Shown: positions 1 to 14,714, counted from the first letter of the stretch. The stretch is DNA of 64,000 nucleotides from Hydrolagus colliei (GCA_035084275.1 CM068757.1:5146001-5210000); one strand, 5' to 3'. A program made the numbers and translations. The notes: generated from the sequence alone by a model not told the origin.

Positions 1-224
1 AGCATTTTATATGATAAATCAAAGAAAATAAAAATATTCTCCACCTATTAATCATTGCTACGGAGGCAGTGACTAGGTAGTGTCAACCTTAACTGATTTG
101 CTCTTATCAACAGAAACTGGGAAATACATATCCTCTGTACATCCCAGTGACCTTGCTACTAAAATACAAAAAATATTTATCTTAAAGTCGGAAGGCTAGA
201 CGATCCCAAGAGACACAGTTCTGG

Positions 225-385
225 ATTGCTGCTTCCATTGTCCCGACCATACGCTGTTCAAAGATGAGTTGGAACAATATTGAAGAGAGATAATATAAAA
301 TGGTACGTAAAAGGGAATGAACCAAAAATGAGCATTCGGGTAGATAGTTCCAGTGGAGAAGCTTGCACCTACCTAAGCTCTCAGA
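225..385 (+). mobile_element. Degraded CR1-like LINE 3' fragment
   Basis: 'ttcaaagatgagttggaacaatattgaagagagataatataaaatggtacg' resembles the recalled CR1 ORF2 end/3'UTR; heavily diverged. Confidence 0.35.
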
Positions 386-1167
386 TGCTGCTTGGTTATA
401 ACTATTAGGAGTCTCCAACTTGACTCTGCAACAATACTGCAGTGATGGAGAATATAATAATAATATTCTTTGCATTTGATATAGCAAAGAAACAATTTAA
501 ATTGGGGTTAATCAACTAAAAAAGGCACCTCTATAATTGCAAGTAGGTGTTTGGGGGTCTGTCACAGCCCTGCACTTATCCTCAATTGTTTCATTAACTA
601 AGCATGAAGACTGTTTATTGTCTATTGTCAAGGTGAAGGAGAATCATTCAGTCTATTCCACTGCGAACAAACCTTTTAAACCTTGCCAATATAAGCAGCA
701 CTTTCTGGCTATGGAGATTGGGCTCTTCGGATATCGGTATCTAGACTTCATGATTAGGAAATGCTGTACAATCCACATTCCTCCTCCAGCAAAGTTGGAA
801 AAAATCCCAGTGAAATCTCACTGAATATGAGTACTCGCTGGCCTGAAATAGAATCCCAATTAAACCTGTTACAAATTTATTTCAACAGCTGTAATATTGA
901 AATCCACACCTGATTTTTCCAATGCATAATTGCCTGTAGCTCACTGAAAGTGCAACAGGACAAATGCACTGCTTCATTACACAGGAAAGCCTGTGCACTT
1001 AACTATATACAGTATTCTGTGGAGAACTATGTTGACCGATTTATGCAGTGAAGGAAAGGGATGTTTGCAGATTATACCGTGGATTATCTAAGGAGGGAGT
1101 TTGAACTCGTTAAGCGAATACAATGTTATACAAGTGACAAAGTAGGGGTGATGATTATGTTTTTGGT

Positions 1168-1301
1168 CAGTGGTGACCAACCTTTTGGTCAGCCCAAACA
1201 AGAAATATACTGTCAAGAAAAACGTGGAAACACAACACAGATTTACCTAGACTCGATGCAACTGTTCAGGGGCCCCTTAGACCATAGATTGACCACCATT
1301 G
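1168..1301. mobile_element. hAT/Charlie-type MITE remnant
   Basis: Left end CAGTGGTGACCAACCT; right end AGATTGACCACCATTG (reverse complement CAATGGTGGTCAATCT); no clean TSD. Confidence 0.55.
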
Positions 1302-3069
1302 CTTTGACATGTGGCAGAGACTTCCTCACCATTGAACAATCCTGTTTTTTGCATGCTCCCAAAGATGGGCTAGCAGAGCGAGGCAGTCATTAATTGACAG
1401 TTGATTTGTGAAATTAACCATGCCTACCAAGCTGTTTGATATTTTATGCTCTTTTTTTTAGCATAGCTAAGTATTTACTAATGTAAATACTTATCTTAAA
1501 TCCTCTTAAGTATAGGTCGATGTGACACAATTACAGCATATAATGTGCAGAACATCTCTGTTGGTGCTGATACATGGTCTTATGGTAGACAATTGGATAG
1601 CTAAGTTGGTCGGTACTATGAAGAGAGTGCTGAGTTACAGCAAGGCTGAACAAGATGTGCCAAAGTGATTTTTGACCTTACTCGATGCGAAGCAATAGCA
1701 CTTGTGGGAGGAGAAAACAAAGTGGGTGGCAGATCGAGCTTGTGCACAAGCAACACTGAAGTTCACTAAGTGATGTAATTTATAGAAACTTGAATCTTCT
1801 CTGCATTTCTGGCAGCAGAACCACATTTGCTGTCCAGCTTTTTAATGATGACGAGTGGTGTGTCTCATAGATGTAGATAGTCACACTCAATATAATGGAT
1901 GATATTGCTTGGCTTTTGTCTGACAGCGCACCATAGGGGTTCAGATCTGAATGCCTCATCATTTTGAATACGGAACCACGGTTAAGTAAAGTCCAGCATC
2001 TTTTGTGTTCAGATGCATCAACTATTTCTTTTAAACCCAACTGAATTGGTCTGTACAACCATTAATACATAAACTGGGTTGAACAATTTTTGCGTTTATA
2101 TAGGGTGAACCTTTTTTGGCGGGAAGGAAAACAGCCTGCGGCAGAGACTGGAATTGAACTGTTAAAGCCCCAAGAACGTCAGCATCTGAGAGATGCCAGC
2201 ATGGAAATTCTATTGCCTAAGATTGAATCATCTGAAAAAGAATAAATCCAAAATGTGTAAGTCAGTTCATCGATAAGAGACTGAATATGGCATCTTGTAA
2301 CACAGCTGCTCTGTCACTCTGGCTGTTTAGCTCCTTTGCCTCATTTTGTTAGATATTAAATATTGTGCTGTTTGAAATTCAGGCCAGGTAGAATGGCCTT
2401 TTATCTCCCAAGTTCTCAATTTTTTCTAAACAAGTTTCTGCTTTTACTTAAATTGCATATCAGAAGCTAAACATGCGGTTTACTCCACGTCTTGATCTTT
2501 AATATTGTTGTCCGAAGAATTGCTGTGCATTTTGACAAGTTTGAAATTAAATTCATTTGATGAATGAGTTTTCTCAGTTTGATTTTTCTTATTTCACACA
2601 GTGAATTATGTAAACCAAATTCATGATTACTATTTTTTTTAAATGAAAAGAAAATCTCACAACAGATCCATATCGATAGCAAATATTGAACCATTTGGAG
2701 AGACAGAAGTGGAGACATAAATAAGTGGTTTGTATCTCAAGTACTGAAAGTAATGAAATCAAGTTCAGTTGTACTGAATCTGGATCTTAATAGGAGATGC
2801 AATAGTTAGAGGAGGTTTACAATCTATTTGGATGTTCTCGGCCTGAAATAACATTTATAGGATCTTGTGTCTGATTTATGTCTTGATGGATGGTGGAGGC
2901 AAACATGTGAGGAAATGTTTTAAGCAATGGCTTGTTGCAGCAATGGTAAACTGCAGAAAACAGTACACTGCAGTATTTTGTTCCGGAGATGTGGCTGCAT
3001 GGATCTCAGCCATTCTTGACAATCTGATATTGGTCTGTTACAATTGTCTGCTGTTTCTTGCCCTCAAAG

Positions 3070-3177
3070 AACAGTCAATACACTTTACAGCATATTCTGT
3101 GATGTGCTTTGAGTCATCTCAATGATGTGATAAATTGCTATATCAAATGCAAAGATGATTAATATTAGGATTATTAT
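3070..3177 (+). mobile_element. tRNA-SINE 3' fragment
   Basis: acagtcaatacactttacag...tatatcaaatgcaaagatgatt matches the 3' end of full copies in this window. Confidence 0.8.
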
Positions 3178-6040
3178 CTGCAAAGCATGCATGAGACATT
3201 TTTGCATTCTCTATTACAGCTGGATGGGGGAAGGAGGAATATTGCTAAAAATGTTCTGAAATTAAAAAAACTTTTTTCCTGGCTTTTAATTACTATGAAA
3301 TTGGATACCTGATGTTTCTCATGGTTTTAGTTTTAAGTCCATTGCCGTAATAGTTTTCTTTATCCTGCACAATTTTGAAACGAACTCTTCAAGACTTAAT
3401 TTAACAGCTAGTTTTCCGTATTTCTTGTAACAAACAAAGGAAATGAATTTAAACATATTTCAAAATGGACCGAATACTTGAGTTATGAGGAATTCCAGGC
3501 CACTGATGCCCCCTACCCAGTCCGTCGGGTTCATTCTACAGTGGTCAGCATGACCGCCTACATTAGCTTATCTGTTATTTGGGAACCAGATGCTCGTCTC
3601 TCTGGGTGTTGACTGGAATAGAGCAGTTCATTCTTCTCGAAGCTTCTCGCTGTGGCGATAGCTCAGAATGATAGAACAACAAGCTCTTTCCTTTCTAAAT
3701 ACCTGCAACCTTGCCTGGCTCAGTGGAAAATTACATTTACCAGATAATGGTGAACTATTAACCCCAATAGAATCCACACCTGCTAATCTCTGCGGTGGTG
3801 TTACGTTACAGAGGTTCGATTTGGTTGGGACAAATGCGACTTAGCAGCAATGAGGCGAAACTTGATACAATCTTCACTTTCTTGATGCAAAAGTGGCTAA
3901 AACGATTCAGCTGCCATGTTGTATTGGAATTTCACCCTATCACAACAGGATGATAGGATCAACGTTTCACTGTGTACCTTGTGTTTGCCTGCAGTCAGGA
4001 CCATAGATAACCGTGAATGTCGTCATGTATTAAACTGGGTCAGTCAGTTTGCTTCCTGGTGGGTTCGGTGCTCTGTGTTCCTGGACAATGATCTTCTTAC
4101 TAACTGTTTAAGCTAGGAATTGCTTTCAGAAGCTATTTAAAAAAAATGTATGATGACATTGTACAATCTTATTTGATAGTTACTGGTTATCTAATTGTTT
4201 TGTCCAGTTGGGTAGTTGAGGGGCGAGCATACAAGTGTGTGTGGGGTGGGTGGGTGGGGGGAGTTCATTTCTGTAGCGTCTTATCGCATTGAAACACATC
4301 AAAGTGCTTTGCTGCATTACAGTTAAGTGTAGTGACTTTTAAAAAAAAAAGTCAGATAGCATATTTCTGCCACTGCTGTTCATCTGCCGATTTACTGGTC
4401 CAAAACTGAATGGCTTTCTGCCCTCTATGACTGGGAGTATAGATAGTCTGCTGTAGATTCCTTCTTTATAATAGCTACAAATCACCAGAATTACTGTAAT
4501 AGGCGAATCATTCACACAAGCCTTCCAGCAGGTCAAGGAAGGTTAATGAATCATTCTGTGAGGTTAAGACAATTGACGCAAATTGATATCATTATGATTA
4601 TTTATTTCTATATCTGTTTCAAATGGGGATCAAGTGGTACACCTTACATTTGTGACCTGATTTCAAGGTCCTGTTTGATTTGACTGCAGTTGGCTATTTA
4701 TCTTCCTTGTTGGATGGAGTTGTCCTTGACCATTATGGGTACCTGCCATGTGTACCTTTAATAGCATTGTTCAGATGCCACTTTACAAGGAAGCATTGAT
4801 GTCATCGCATTAAAACAAATGATTTTTATGTTTCAAGCTTATTGATTGGGACGCTGACATATGTATTGGCTTGAAAGAAATGTACATTATTCGGAATGGG
4901 CTGGGCCTGGATCCAAGTGGTATCTGCAGATTTTACCAGTAACTTACTGTTTCCAACTCTCTCACACTCTTGTTTCTTCTCGATTACTTACGCTGCGATT
5001 AAAAATGAGATCCAGGCTCAGTTCTAAAGACTGCCTCCCGTTAATTTGAAACACAATTAGCATCCTGATTGCATTAGCCATTTAAACCTGAAACCTTTCC
5101 TGTCAAACGATGCACCACAAAACATTCCAGCTACAAGCCAAACTATTTCAACTTAGGGCATAGTTGTGTGATATAAAGTCTCATTGGGTAGTCAATGATG
5201 CACTCGGGGAGCAATAACTGATGCACTCTGACCATCTCATAGAAATGCATGATTTAATGGAAGGGAATATAGTCACAAATTAAGACCATAGGAATAGATG
5301 GCTGTAACTATTTCACCAAAGGGATCATTAAACAAGAAGTAAATGTTGAAGATTTTGTTCCAGGTTTTCTGAAAACCTATCCATGATAAATTGAGCTTCA
5401 AGAACAGTTTCGAATTTTTAACCATGGCTGATGGTACATCGGCTCATGAACTCTCTGCTGCTTGTACATCCGCAGTACTTTTGGATAACTCCTTTAACAA
5501 TCTAATAAAGCTGATACTTTTCCATTCAAACGTTTTGTCAAAACCCATTGCTGCTCTGAAAAGAAAAAGTAGTTAATACTGTACTCTTAACTAGTCAGGG
5601 CACAGGGAAGAGAATTGAGGTTTTTCATGGATTAGTTCTTTAGGTTATCGACATTGAATTGGATTTGGCCTTGAATATTGAAATTGGGTTCAGCAGTAAA
5701 GAGTTTCCATGGCTACCCTTATACTAAATATTGTTCTTTGTCTCTGTAGTGGATGAACCATGAAAGTTATATTATTTTTCTTCAGAATCTATGCTTTGAA
5801 TTGAAGTACTGTAATTTTGCCTACATGCAAACCTAACTGCGAGATTGCCTAGTAATGAAACTATTGTGATTGATTTCAATGGGTATTGAATAAGAAAATA
5901 AATTGAGTTGAGTGCAGATGTAGGCTTGAACTGAATAAAAATACTAGAAAAGTTTGACACTGCAACTCAGGCCCAACTTGTCCTGTTTGATGGATGACAA
6001 AATACTGTCACTTCAAATACTTCTGAAACATGGAGAGTCA

Positions 6041-6252
6041 GTCGCCTCTCTGAAACTCCATCCCGGATTACCTTTGCTTCACCCCTTCAAGGTCTGTCTC
6101 AAGACCTTCCTCTTGACTGTGCCTCTGATTATCTTCAACCACTACCCCCTGGGCTCCAACCCCCAGATCAACCTCTTCGTCTGTGCAGTAGGGTGTCCAC
6201 CCGATATAAAAGGCAGTATATAAAATCAATTTGTGGTTGTTATTGTGGTTGT
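6041..6252 (+). mobile_element. L2 LINE 3' end fragment
   Basis: ttcaaggtctgtctcaagaccttcctctt (F-K-x-x-L-K-T end of ORF2) and a (GTT)n-like tail; similar to 49700-49901. Confidence 0.75.
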
Positions 6253-7907
6253 ATATATTTAGGCACAAACAGGCTTCTTTTATCATTGCAGCTGTGTTTC
6301 TGCAGTTCTGTGTGTGTGTATAATATACACCCCACAGGAGATGGAACAAGTATACCCATGATGCACATTTTGGAGCGACCAGCCAACATCTCGTGTAGTG
6401 AGGCTCGCGTTCAAGTGAGCCGATATTTCATTGCTTGATTTCGAATGTGCCTCAACATCTGCAATTGGATTCCTATTGCAGCTGAGGGATCGCCACTTTA
6501 GATGTTCTCAAATGGAAGTGATGTGACATTTGCCTGCTCTATACTACGCTTTTCATGCTGAATTTGCTGCATTAAAGGAGCAGATGCCGTGCAAAAAGCT
6601 GTCGTACCATTGTGGCAAAGACTTTTACTCTGGCTCAGTGCGGCGGTAGATTGTATCTTCATGGGAATTGGAACTGAAGCTTACACATGGATAGCCTTTA
6701 GGAGAAGTGTAACTAGTGCCAAAGCGAATTGCACAGGACAAATGCAGCGTTAAATTGGAGTTCTATTTTCTTCGTGTTTCGTCCCCAGTGGAGAACATTC
6801 CAAGTCAGTTCAGTACCCTCAGCTATTGCGGCCAGTTCTTTAGGAAAATTTAGGTCTTCGCGGCAAGCGAGGTGGGAGAGAGAGGGAAAGAGGAGGGTTT
6901 GCACTACATGGAACCCACTCAGCTTGAGCTGCCTGACACAGTTTAAGCAGCCGTTTGCAATCCTGTAAAACAGAGAGTGAAGGATATACAGTCGTTGTAT
7001 GATTCCACTGTCGCCTTTCACTAAAGTAATGATTCCAGGGGTTCATGCCCTCACTACCTTTGTGCTGGGGAGAAATCGGATCCACAATCTGAAATTACAG
7101 TATGCTTCAGTATCCGTCACTAGGAATTCAAATGAAAAATGTCCTGAACTGCTTTCCGAGAGAATAAGTTTGACGGTATTTCTGTTGATCGTTTAAGCTC
7201 TTGTGAGCTTCTTCCAACTGATGAGAACTCACTTGTGGCTAAACGACATCTTTAGTCATTGGTTCCCTCAGTCTGGGTTTTGCCGAGATGTATTGATTGA
7301 CCATATTCACCTCTAGATGAGATCAATTTAATTTAATCTGCCACAGCTGCAGCTCTTAGCTTTCCAGCTCCATTCGATGGCAGTAAAAATCGATCCCCTG
7401 TCTACCTGCTCAATGAGCACCCTCTCAGCACTTGCAGCTGAATTACACATCTGCCAACAAGTTAGTGGAGTGTTGCCAGATGTTAACGACCCGGCGAAGT
7501 GGTCACCCAGGTGACTGTCTTTTTTAAAAAAAAAGTGGATCCTAAAGCCTTATGGTGCAGGGCTGAACCTATATAGTAATTCAATAGAAATTCAGTAATA
7601 GTTTCACTGTAGAATCAGGTCAGATGGGAATCCTTATAAACTGAGCTTGCACTTTTATTGCAGGAAACTTTTGTGACATGTTCAGATAAATTGTTTACCA
7701 AATCATCTGAATGAAGACAGCTGCGTACATAGGGAGAAGAGAAGAGAGGAGTAAAGAGAGGAGAGCAGGAGTTGGGTTAGATTTAAACCCGGACTTTAGA
7801 CAGTATTTTCAGATGTTTGGGGATGTAGAGCAGGGGAGAACAATTTAACAACAAACAACAAAAGATTGTATTTGTATAGGGATAGTTCACTCAAAGTTGG
7901 CAAACCT

Positions 7908-8092
7908 GCAGTAAGTGATGATTCTTTTAATCACAGATTAGATAGCTTTCTTTTAGGAAATAACATTATGGGATATGGTACATAGATAGTTTGGGACATA
8001 AGTGCATGTGATGGCCAGGAAGGTGGAAAGCGAACTAGATGGATCTTGCTCTTTATTCGTTTAGCATTTCTTATGTTCTTATGGTTCTTATG
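7908..8092 (+). mobile_element. CR1 LINE 3' end
   Basis: ttagatagctttctt...atgggatatgg...actagatggatc, ending in (TTCTTATG)x3 octamer tail typical of CR1. Confidence 0.75.
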
Positions 8093-10014
8093 CATTGATC
8101 TCCTGTCAAATTAAAATACATAATGTTAAGGCAGTTTGGGCCAGTCAAAATCCCCAAGGAATCACTTAAGTAGAAGTGATTGTATAATAGTTATCGTTCT
8201 TTGATTCTGTGAAATTCTTTTCATTGATCTTTGACGGATGTGGGTAACCAAAGGAAAGATTGGGAGGTTCATTTCTTCATTCAGGTCAGGTCTGATGGAT
8301 TAAATCAATTTATTTCTCTTGCCAATATGATTTCTTTTCCAAAGAACTGAATGTTCGGGGCTTGACTGGTGGAGCCTTTGAAATAATTTGTGTTGTATTG
8401 TGCAAGGAAATGACCCAATTAAACTAGGCTACTTGAGAGACAAATGTTGTGGTATCAACGGCAGTTTCAGTGTGGCGCTGAGAAAATCTGAGAATAATCC
8501 AATAATGCCCATAGCTTGCAAGCAACATGGCTAAAACATCTGGTGGCAGTCATGACAAATTAAAACCGCTTGAAGAGCAAATCACCAGGGCCTTGGTTAA
8601 AATATGCTCTTAATTGATGCTCGCTCTGTTAAGTGAAGTCAGTCCCATCCCTTGCATTGTCAGAATATCAATTAAGTTGATTTATCACAACTGCTTTTAC
8701 TTAAAATATTCCGGCAGTCAATTTTCAGATCGGCTGTGATGGATTGGGAGGTGATCTGTAAATTGATTTATTTGGGGGAAAAAATGCGGTCAACTTCAAT
8801 TAGGTGATAGGCTTCTTAGGAAAACTGGACCATTGACAGTGTATTGATTGTGAGAAATGCATCGGACTGTTATTTGGGCGCCAATTCACAATTCTAATTT
8901 CTGGGTTCGACTTCTAGATAAGGCTACCCAATTAATTATCACTGCATTTCTAGGCAAACCTGTGAAGCACTTTGAACAATCCTCCTGATGTAAGGATTGT
9001 GAAAAAAAATCGGTTGTGCCTGAAATTGTTTCCTGTGCCTGAATTTGTGGTGTAAACCCTCCCCCTACCAACTCTGCTGATAACATGAGAAATGCATGTG
9101 AGGAATCAGCATGAACATCCGAAGAATAGTTCTGTGGGGGGAAAAATAGTTGGTTTTGTTTATTTTCCTCTTGAGCAATGGGCACAGCGTAGAAAGTAAT
9201 TGGCTGTATACAATTTCATGAGGGAAATGGAACCAGTTGTACAATTACATTGTGTGTAAACATAATTAAGTAAAGTTATAACGTGAGAAAGATCACATAA
9301 AAAAGCAAGATTCTCATAATCATAAAGTTCTGAATATGTATGATGCAAATGTACAAAATAAATAGTGAATATTACTGTACTAGGCGTAAGAACTCAATTT
9401 ACTATTTATATTCTATTAGAGGGAAAGCCCGCTGAGAAAAGTGACCTTGGTACTGAGAGCACTATCTATCTACAGAATAAAGGACAATCCCGCAGGCATC
9501 TTGTGGCCTAAAAGACGTGTAGTTCAACATAACCTGTGTTTGATCTGCTAACAAAGGATAGCTCCAGGTGGTGGCATTTTGTCAGCTAGGAAACACAACC
9601 TGTATTGCTTAACTGCTAACATCGGGTGGGAGATTGCGATAGAACAAATTATCCTATTGGAAATTGTACTGTGAATTATACATATCACGTGAGGCACATC
9701 ATTCAGTATGAAATGTGTTGCAAGGCAGCAATAGGTTGAGAACTCGAGACCAAGTCAAACTCGTTAGTATCTTAGTTAGAGCTGGTCAATGTTACTGTAA
9801 TGCTGACGTACTTTATTACTTTTGAATATTGTGCAATTTGCCAAGTGATAACATCAGAATTTTTAACTAAATCTTGCAAGGGATTAACATAGCATAGATT
9901 GTACTGCAAAACAGAGCAATGGTCTCTTGGCGTTGGTTTTACTTGTTGGGTAGTTTGGCTTGACCAGCCTTAGGTACCTTCTTACAAATAAACTCATGTT
10001 GGCTGCTCAGTAGG

Positions 10015-10314
10015 CTCTGGCCTGCTGCATGCTCCCCGCCCCATTTGCCCCACCATTGACAGGTGAGCCTTCAACCACTCTGCCCTAAACTCTGGAACTC
10101 CATCCTGTAGTCCCTCCGCCTCACACCTCCCTGGCCTCTTTCAAATCCTCCTCTTCAACGGTCCCATCGGTCACCCCAAATCCCCCCATTTCCCTCCATC
10201 CTCCCCGTCCCCGATCCCAGCTCGGGTCTGAAGCAATGACTGTCCAGTGTTTTGGGACGTCATCCTGATGTGAAAGGCGTAATACAATTGTAATTTTGTT
10301 GTTGTTGTTGTTGT
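10015..10314 (+). mobile_element. L2 LINE 3' end fragment
   Basis: gccttc...ccctaaactctggaactcc (A-F...P-K-L-W-N-S), C-rich UTR, gtgaaaggcg...(GTT)n tail. Confidence 0.85.
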
Positions 10315-11529
10315 ATAAGCCTGTTGCAGCATAACTTGTTGCTGTGTTAAGAGTGTGAACAACCTTTAATTATTTGAATGGCCAATTGATTTTTCTGTGT
10401 ACCTTTGATCCATTTGTTAGATCTTTCCATTGATTAAAAATGTAGCCTGCCTCCGTCATATTACGCTGAGAGAAGCATCAAGTTCCAAACATTCTGTACC
10501 TGTTGGACTATCAACGCCTGTCTCACTGGACTGGACAGTATTGTCCTAAACTGGTCCAAGGTAGTTATTGTCCTTCAGTTCTTTTGTCTCTTTGCACGTT
10601 CCTCATGTTTAGTGAAGGCATTTAGGTTTAAAACACAAGAGGTTTTGAAATGCACAATTAAAGTTAGATGAAATCAAATCTGATGAAAATCCCAAGGAAT
10701 TGGTCAACTCATTTGTTTACATCGGGAAAGACAGTTTTGCCTTCTACATGGGTTGCAGTTTCTATCTAAGCTTTTCAATCCAGTGAGGCCTTTGTGAGCA
10801 GGTTAACTGTGCATTCCACCAATTCCCTGCAGTGTATACTGTTTACAGAACAGATGCTACGATATTTTTGTTTACAGTAATTAATTTGCTGTGTGCTTTA
10901 CTTTAATTTAATGAGGATAATTAAGAATGTGAAGGGCGTTTTTTTTTAAACTCTCCTTGCTGTATAGTGCAAACGGGCTTATCGCCTTAAAATTCCTTCC
11001 AGGGACAAAAATATTAAATTAACAATGCAGTTTTGACCCCCAGATATATTGCTTAATTGTAATTAAATATATTTATTTTAAAAATAAGTCAGGGAGCAAG
11101 TGTGAACATCTATCTCTGTGCTGTATAATGACCGTTGCCTTACGTTATTTCAGTTTTATTATTTTTCTAACTAACCGTTTTGTACTACAGGTTACAAGGG
11201 TATTTCTGTCACTAAAAAGATCTAAATATGGCATATGTAGAAGAATAATTGAAGAGAAGAAAGTAGTTTCAGACAGTCTTCCCATACTAAATAAATATAT
11301 ATATATTTAGATATACACACACACACATCTTGTGACGTTGGCATTTCTGCTCAACACAGTTTGTTTAATTTGTCACCTAGTGTAATCCACTTTCCTGTTT
11401 TCTCCCCACACTCTTTAATATTCTTGTTCATGCACCTGTCTCGTCACCTCAATCACATCTTGAACGACTTCAAATGCAATTGATTTAGCAGCCATTTGCG
11501 ACAGCAAAATCTCAGAAACAGGCGTGGAG

Positions 11530-11665
11530 CGAACTACTAGTTTAGCAGATACGGACAGGACACTTTTCAGGAACCCTCTTTTTCTTTTTGAATGGTGTCG
11601 AGGGATCTTAAACATCCACATAAAAAGCAGGCAGATAATAAGGTTAACTGGGTTCAATCCCCACA
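11530..11665 (-). mobile_element. DeuSINE (AmnSINE1/SacSINE1-like) Deu-domain fragment
   Basis: Minus strand gtggatgtttaagatccctcgacaccattcaaaaagaaaaagagggttcctgaaaagtgtcctg resembles the recalled Deu core gtggatgtaaaagatcccatggcactattcgaagaagag...gtgtcctg. Confidence 0.65.
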
Positions 11666-12409
11666 AGAGCCTCCACCCTTCCTCATTCATCCCTTCTCCC
11701 ACAGACCTCTGTTTCCCTTCTCCCTCATGTATGCATCCTGTTTTCTCTTAAATACATTGATGCTTTCTTCTTCAACCGCAGAATATGTTAGAATTATAGG
11801 ATGCTGGATGGTGGGCCATCTGGAAGATAAAGCTCATGTGTTGAAAGGTAATCAATAAAGGCAGTTATGGCTTACACTATCAGGTGGAGCTGCAGTCATA
11901 CTAACTGGTTATTTAGTTAATGGATAGAATACTATGTAAATCGTAGATGTTGTGATGCATTTTTGTTACCTGATATGTCACATACCAGACACTGAGTTCA
12001 TGAATCAGGTAATGTGATGTGACTTCAGTGAGGATATCACAATACCGTAACTACTGATATACTTCCCCACAAACACAGTTAAGGCTGCTACAAGATCTTC
12101 CTCTCATCAGCCATTTCCAATTCACATCGAATCTTAGTGCATCGAATGGATTTAAACAAAACACATAAGAATATTTCATGGCAATAGCACATTACAAAGC
12201 ATCTGTTGAGTTATAAAAATAGCATTGACTGCAATCTGTGGGTCGTTCAACATGTCCTGCACTCTCAACCAGGCACTGAAGAGGATAAGCAGAGATTTTC
12301 TATTTAAGAAAAGTAATACTTTTTTTTATCCTTGTATGTAAAATTGAGTAAGTCAACGAAGAATCAACATGCTATTCACATGTGGCAGCTCCTGTGCTTA
12401 AAAATATTG

Positions 12410-12520
12410 ATAATAATTCTTGAATTTGATGCAGCAACTTATCATGTGTTCGAGACATCTTAAAGCGCGTCACAGTATGTACTGTAGAGTGAATTGACTG
12501 TATATTTTTGTAGGCAAAAC
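12410..12520 (-). mobile_element. tRNA-SINE 3' fragment
   Basis: tactgtagagtgaattgactgtata matches the SINE 3' half in reverse. Confidence 0.75.
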
Positions 12521-13499
12521 ACACTTGAGCGCTGAGGCTCTGAAGACAAGAGTCTCATTCCACACCATTGCTGGTGGGCAGCAACAAAGACCTATAAAGT
12601 AAAGAAAACTTTCTGGGGTCCACATAAGTTTGCAGCTTGGCTGTTTGACCAAGGAGAAGTGCCGATGCTACTCGTACCTGCAGCCAGTATCTCGGTGAGC
12701 AAAGACCTGGTGAGAGTTTGAGTTGGGGGTGGGACAAAGAGCACAAACAACTCGGAAACATTTCCCCAAGCGATGCCTGTGCAATCAGCTGGTAAACCGA
12801 TGACTGCCCATCCAAGTCAGCAGCATCCAGTTTATTCACTTGGTTAATCAGCGATAACCTTGAGAGTTGCATCTGCAAGGCCAAATTAGCAGACTTCCAC
12901 TACAAACCAATGTACTATCATTAAAGGCAATGAAATGGAAAGCGGGCCACATGAACCACAATCCACAAACACAGAATTATTGCAAGTCACTTATTAGCTG
13001 ACACTAATGGCTTCCTAGGGAGCGGAAGTTTGGTGATGGAAGCTCTCTGCGCACCTCCTAAATAATTTCTGGAATAAAGAACATCAAGAACCTAAAGCTG
13101 GCTGAATAAATTCATTTGCACATAGAGCACTGCAATTATGTGTGCTTTTACAACACTGCTCGCAGTTTACTGTTGATGGAGTGCCATCAATTCAGAACCT
13201 TTATATTTTCCTATTAGTAGTTGGTTTCTATCACATCAGTTTACATCAATTGCTTTGTTCTCCTATTTGCTGAAAATAAAGCCCTGGAAATTGTTTTCTT
13301 ATGACGACTTATATAGGTTAGCTTACACTTTCAAACTACAGTTCCTGTTGTGCTTGTGCCACTTGTACAGCACAGCCATTACTCTGAATTAGAAGTAATC
13401 ATTTCACCTTCAGCACAATCAAGTCCCATTGATAGTTTTCATAAACTGGAAAAAGCATCATGCGCGGAGAACAGACTGTCAGAATGTTAATGGTAGACA

Positions 13500-13660
13500 C
13501 CGGGGGAGAAAAGGAGACAGAGGGTCTTTCATGATAAACACTTTAGACCTGCTGACGATGGAACCGTTGAAGAGGAGAGTCTTGAAGCGGGACTTGAAGG
13601 AGGCCAGGGAGGGGGCGAGGCGGATGGACTGCAGAATGGAGTTCCAGAGGTTAGAAGTGG
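13500..13660 (-). mobile_element. L2 LINE 3' fragment
   Basis: Minus-strand ORF reads LWNSILQSIRLAPSLASFKSRFKTLLF, the typical L2 ORF2 C-terminus. Confidence 0.85.
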
Positions 13661-14714
13661 CTAAGCTGGGTGATGGAACAGGGATACAGGCATACACGAT
13701 AGGGATGGATAACTTGGGAGCAATAGTTGATGATAGACTCTACTTTTTGCAGATAGCTCTGCCTTGTCCCATTCTCAGCAGTCATTCAACCTATTCCTCC
13801 CTTCTACAATCACTGTCACTTAGAAAATACAATAACTGCTGTAACTGATGGTTTTGGTAGGTTTACTCAGACAGGGTCGGGGGAGAGGAGAGGAGGGGAT
13901 GAGAAAAGAATACGCATTATATGATCTGTGTGAGAATCCATCTATTTTCCCTTGTGGTCTAGTTAGGGAGATGGTTACATGTTGCCCGCAGTCCAGGGAG
14001 ATTTTGGTGACAGCCAATGGCAGGAAATCCTTAGCCTTAGCTTAGCGACTACCCCCATTTTAGAACCGCCTCGAGCTTTAAAGCTAAATTTTGAAGCAGT
14101 TTCCTGAAAACACTAAGTCTACACTTGTCATGTTCGCATTAGTATTCAGGAGATTCATAGCTGAGAAAGTAAAGGTTTCCGTATCACTACAACTCTTATA
14201 TGAGCTTAATGCTGGACTGTTCACTGGGGAAATTAGCGTCTCTCCGGGTTGATCTTGAATGAAAACTCTACGGTTTGAAGAATCGTCGGAGAGAATACTG
14301 ACAAGTGAAACACAGTCCGCCCCATCGAGGGAACAGGATTGAGGAAGAGGAATTATTTTTTGTTCATGTTTTTTTCATCGCTATGTTTTGGAAAATATTT
14401 GTGATAGATTGAGTGCAAGGAACTCCAAAACTTTCTGCAATTGTAAAGAATATACTGACACTATCTTTTTTGAACAAGGGAATTTGGGGGGTAGTTGAAA
14501 TGAAACTGATTTGTTTCACTTATTATTCACCATTTTGATGCAACAAGCCAAAGGTAATCATGTTCAGAAATCCTTGTACTACACACCGTGAGATTGTAGA
14601 TTTTCAAAGTCCGAAGTTCTTCTTTTAGAACCTCCTTATGCTCATTGCAGGGAGGTGTAATGGTCTTGTAAAGCTAACACTTCCAGTATGTATTTTTCCC
14701 CATTTTACATCCCC

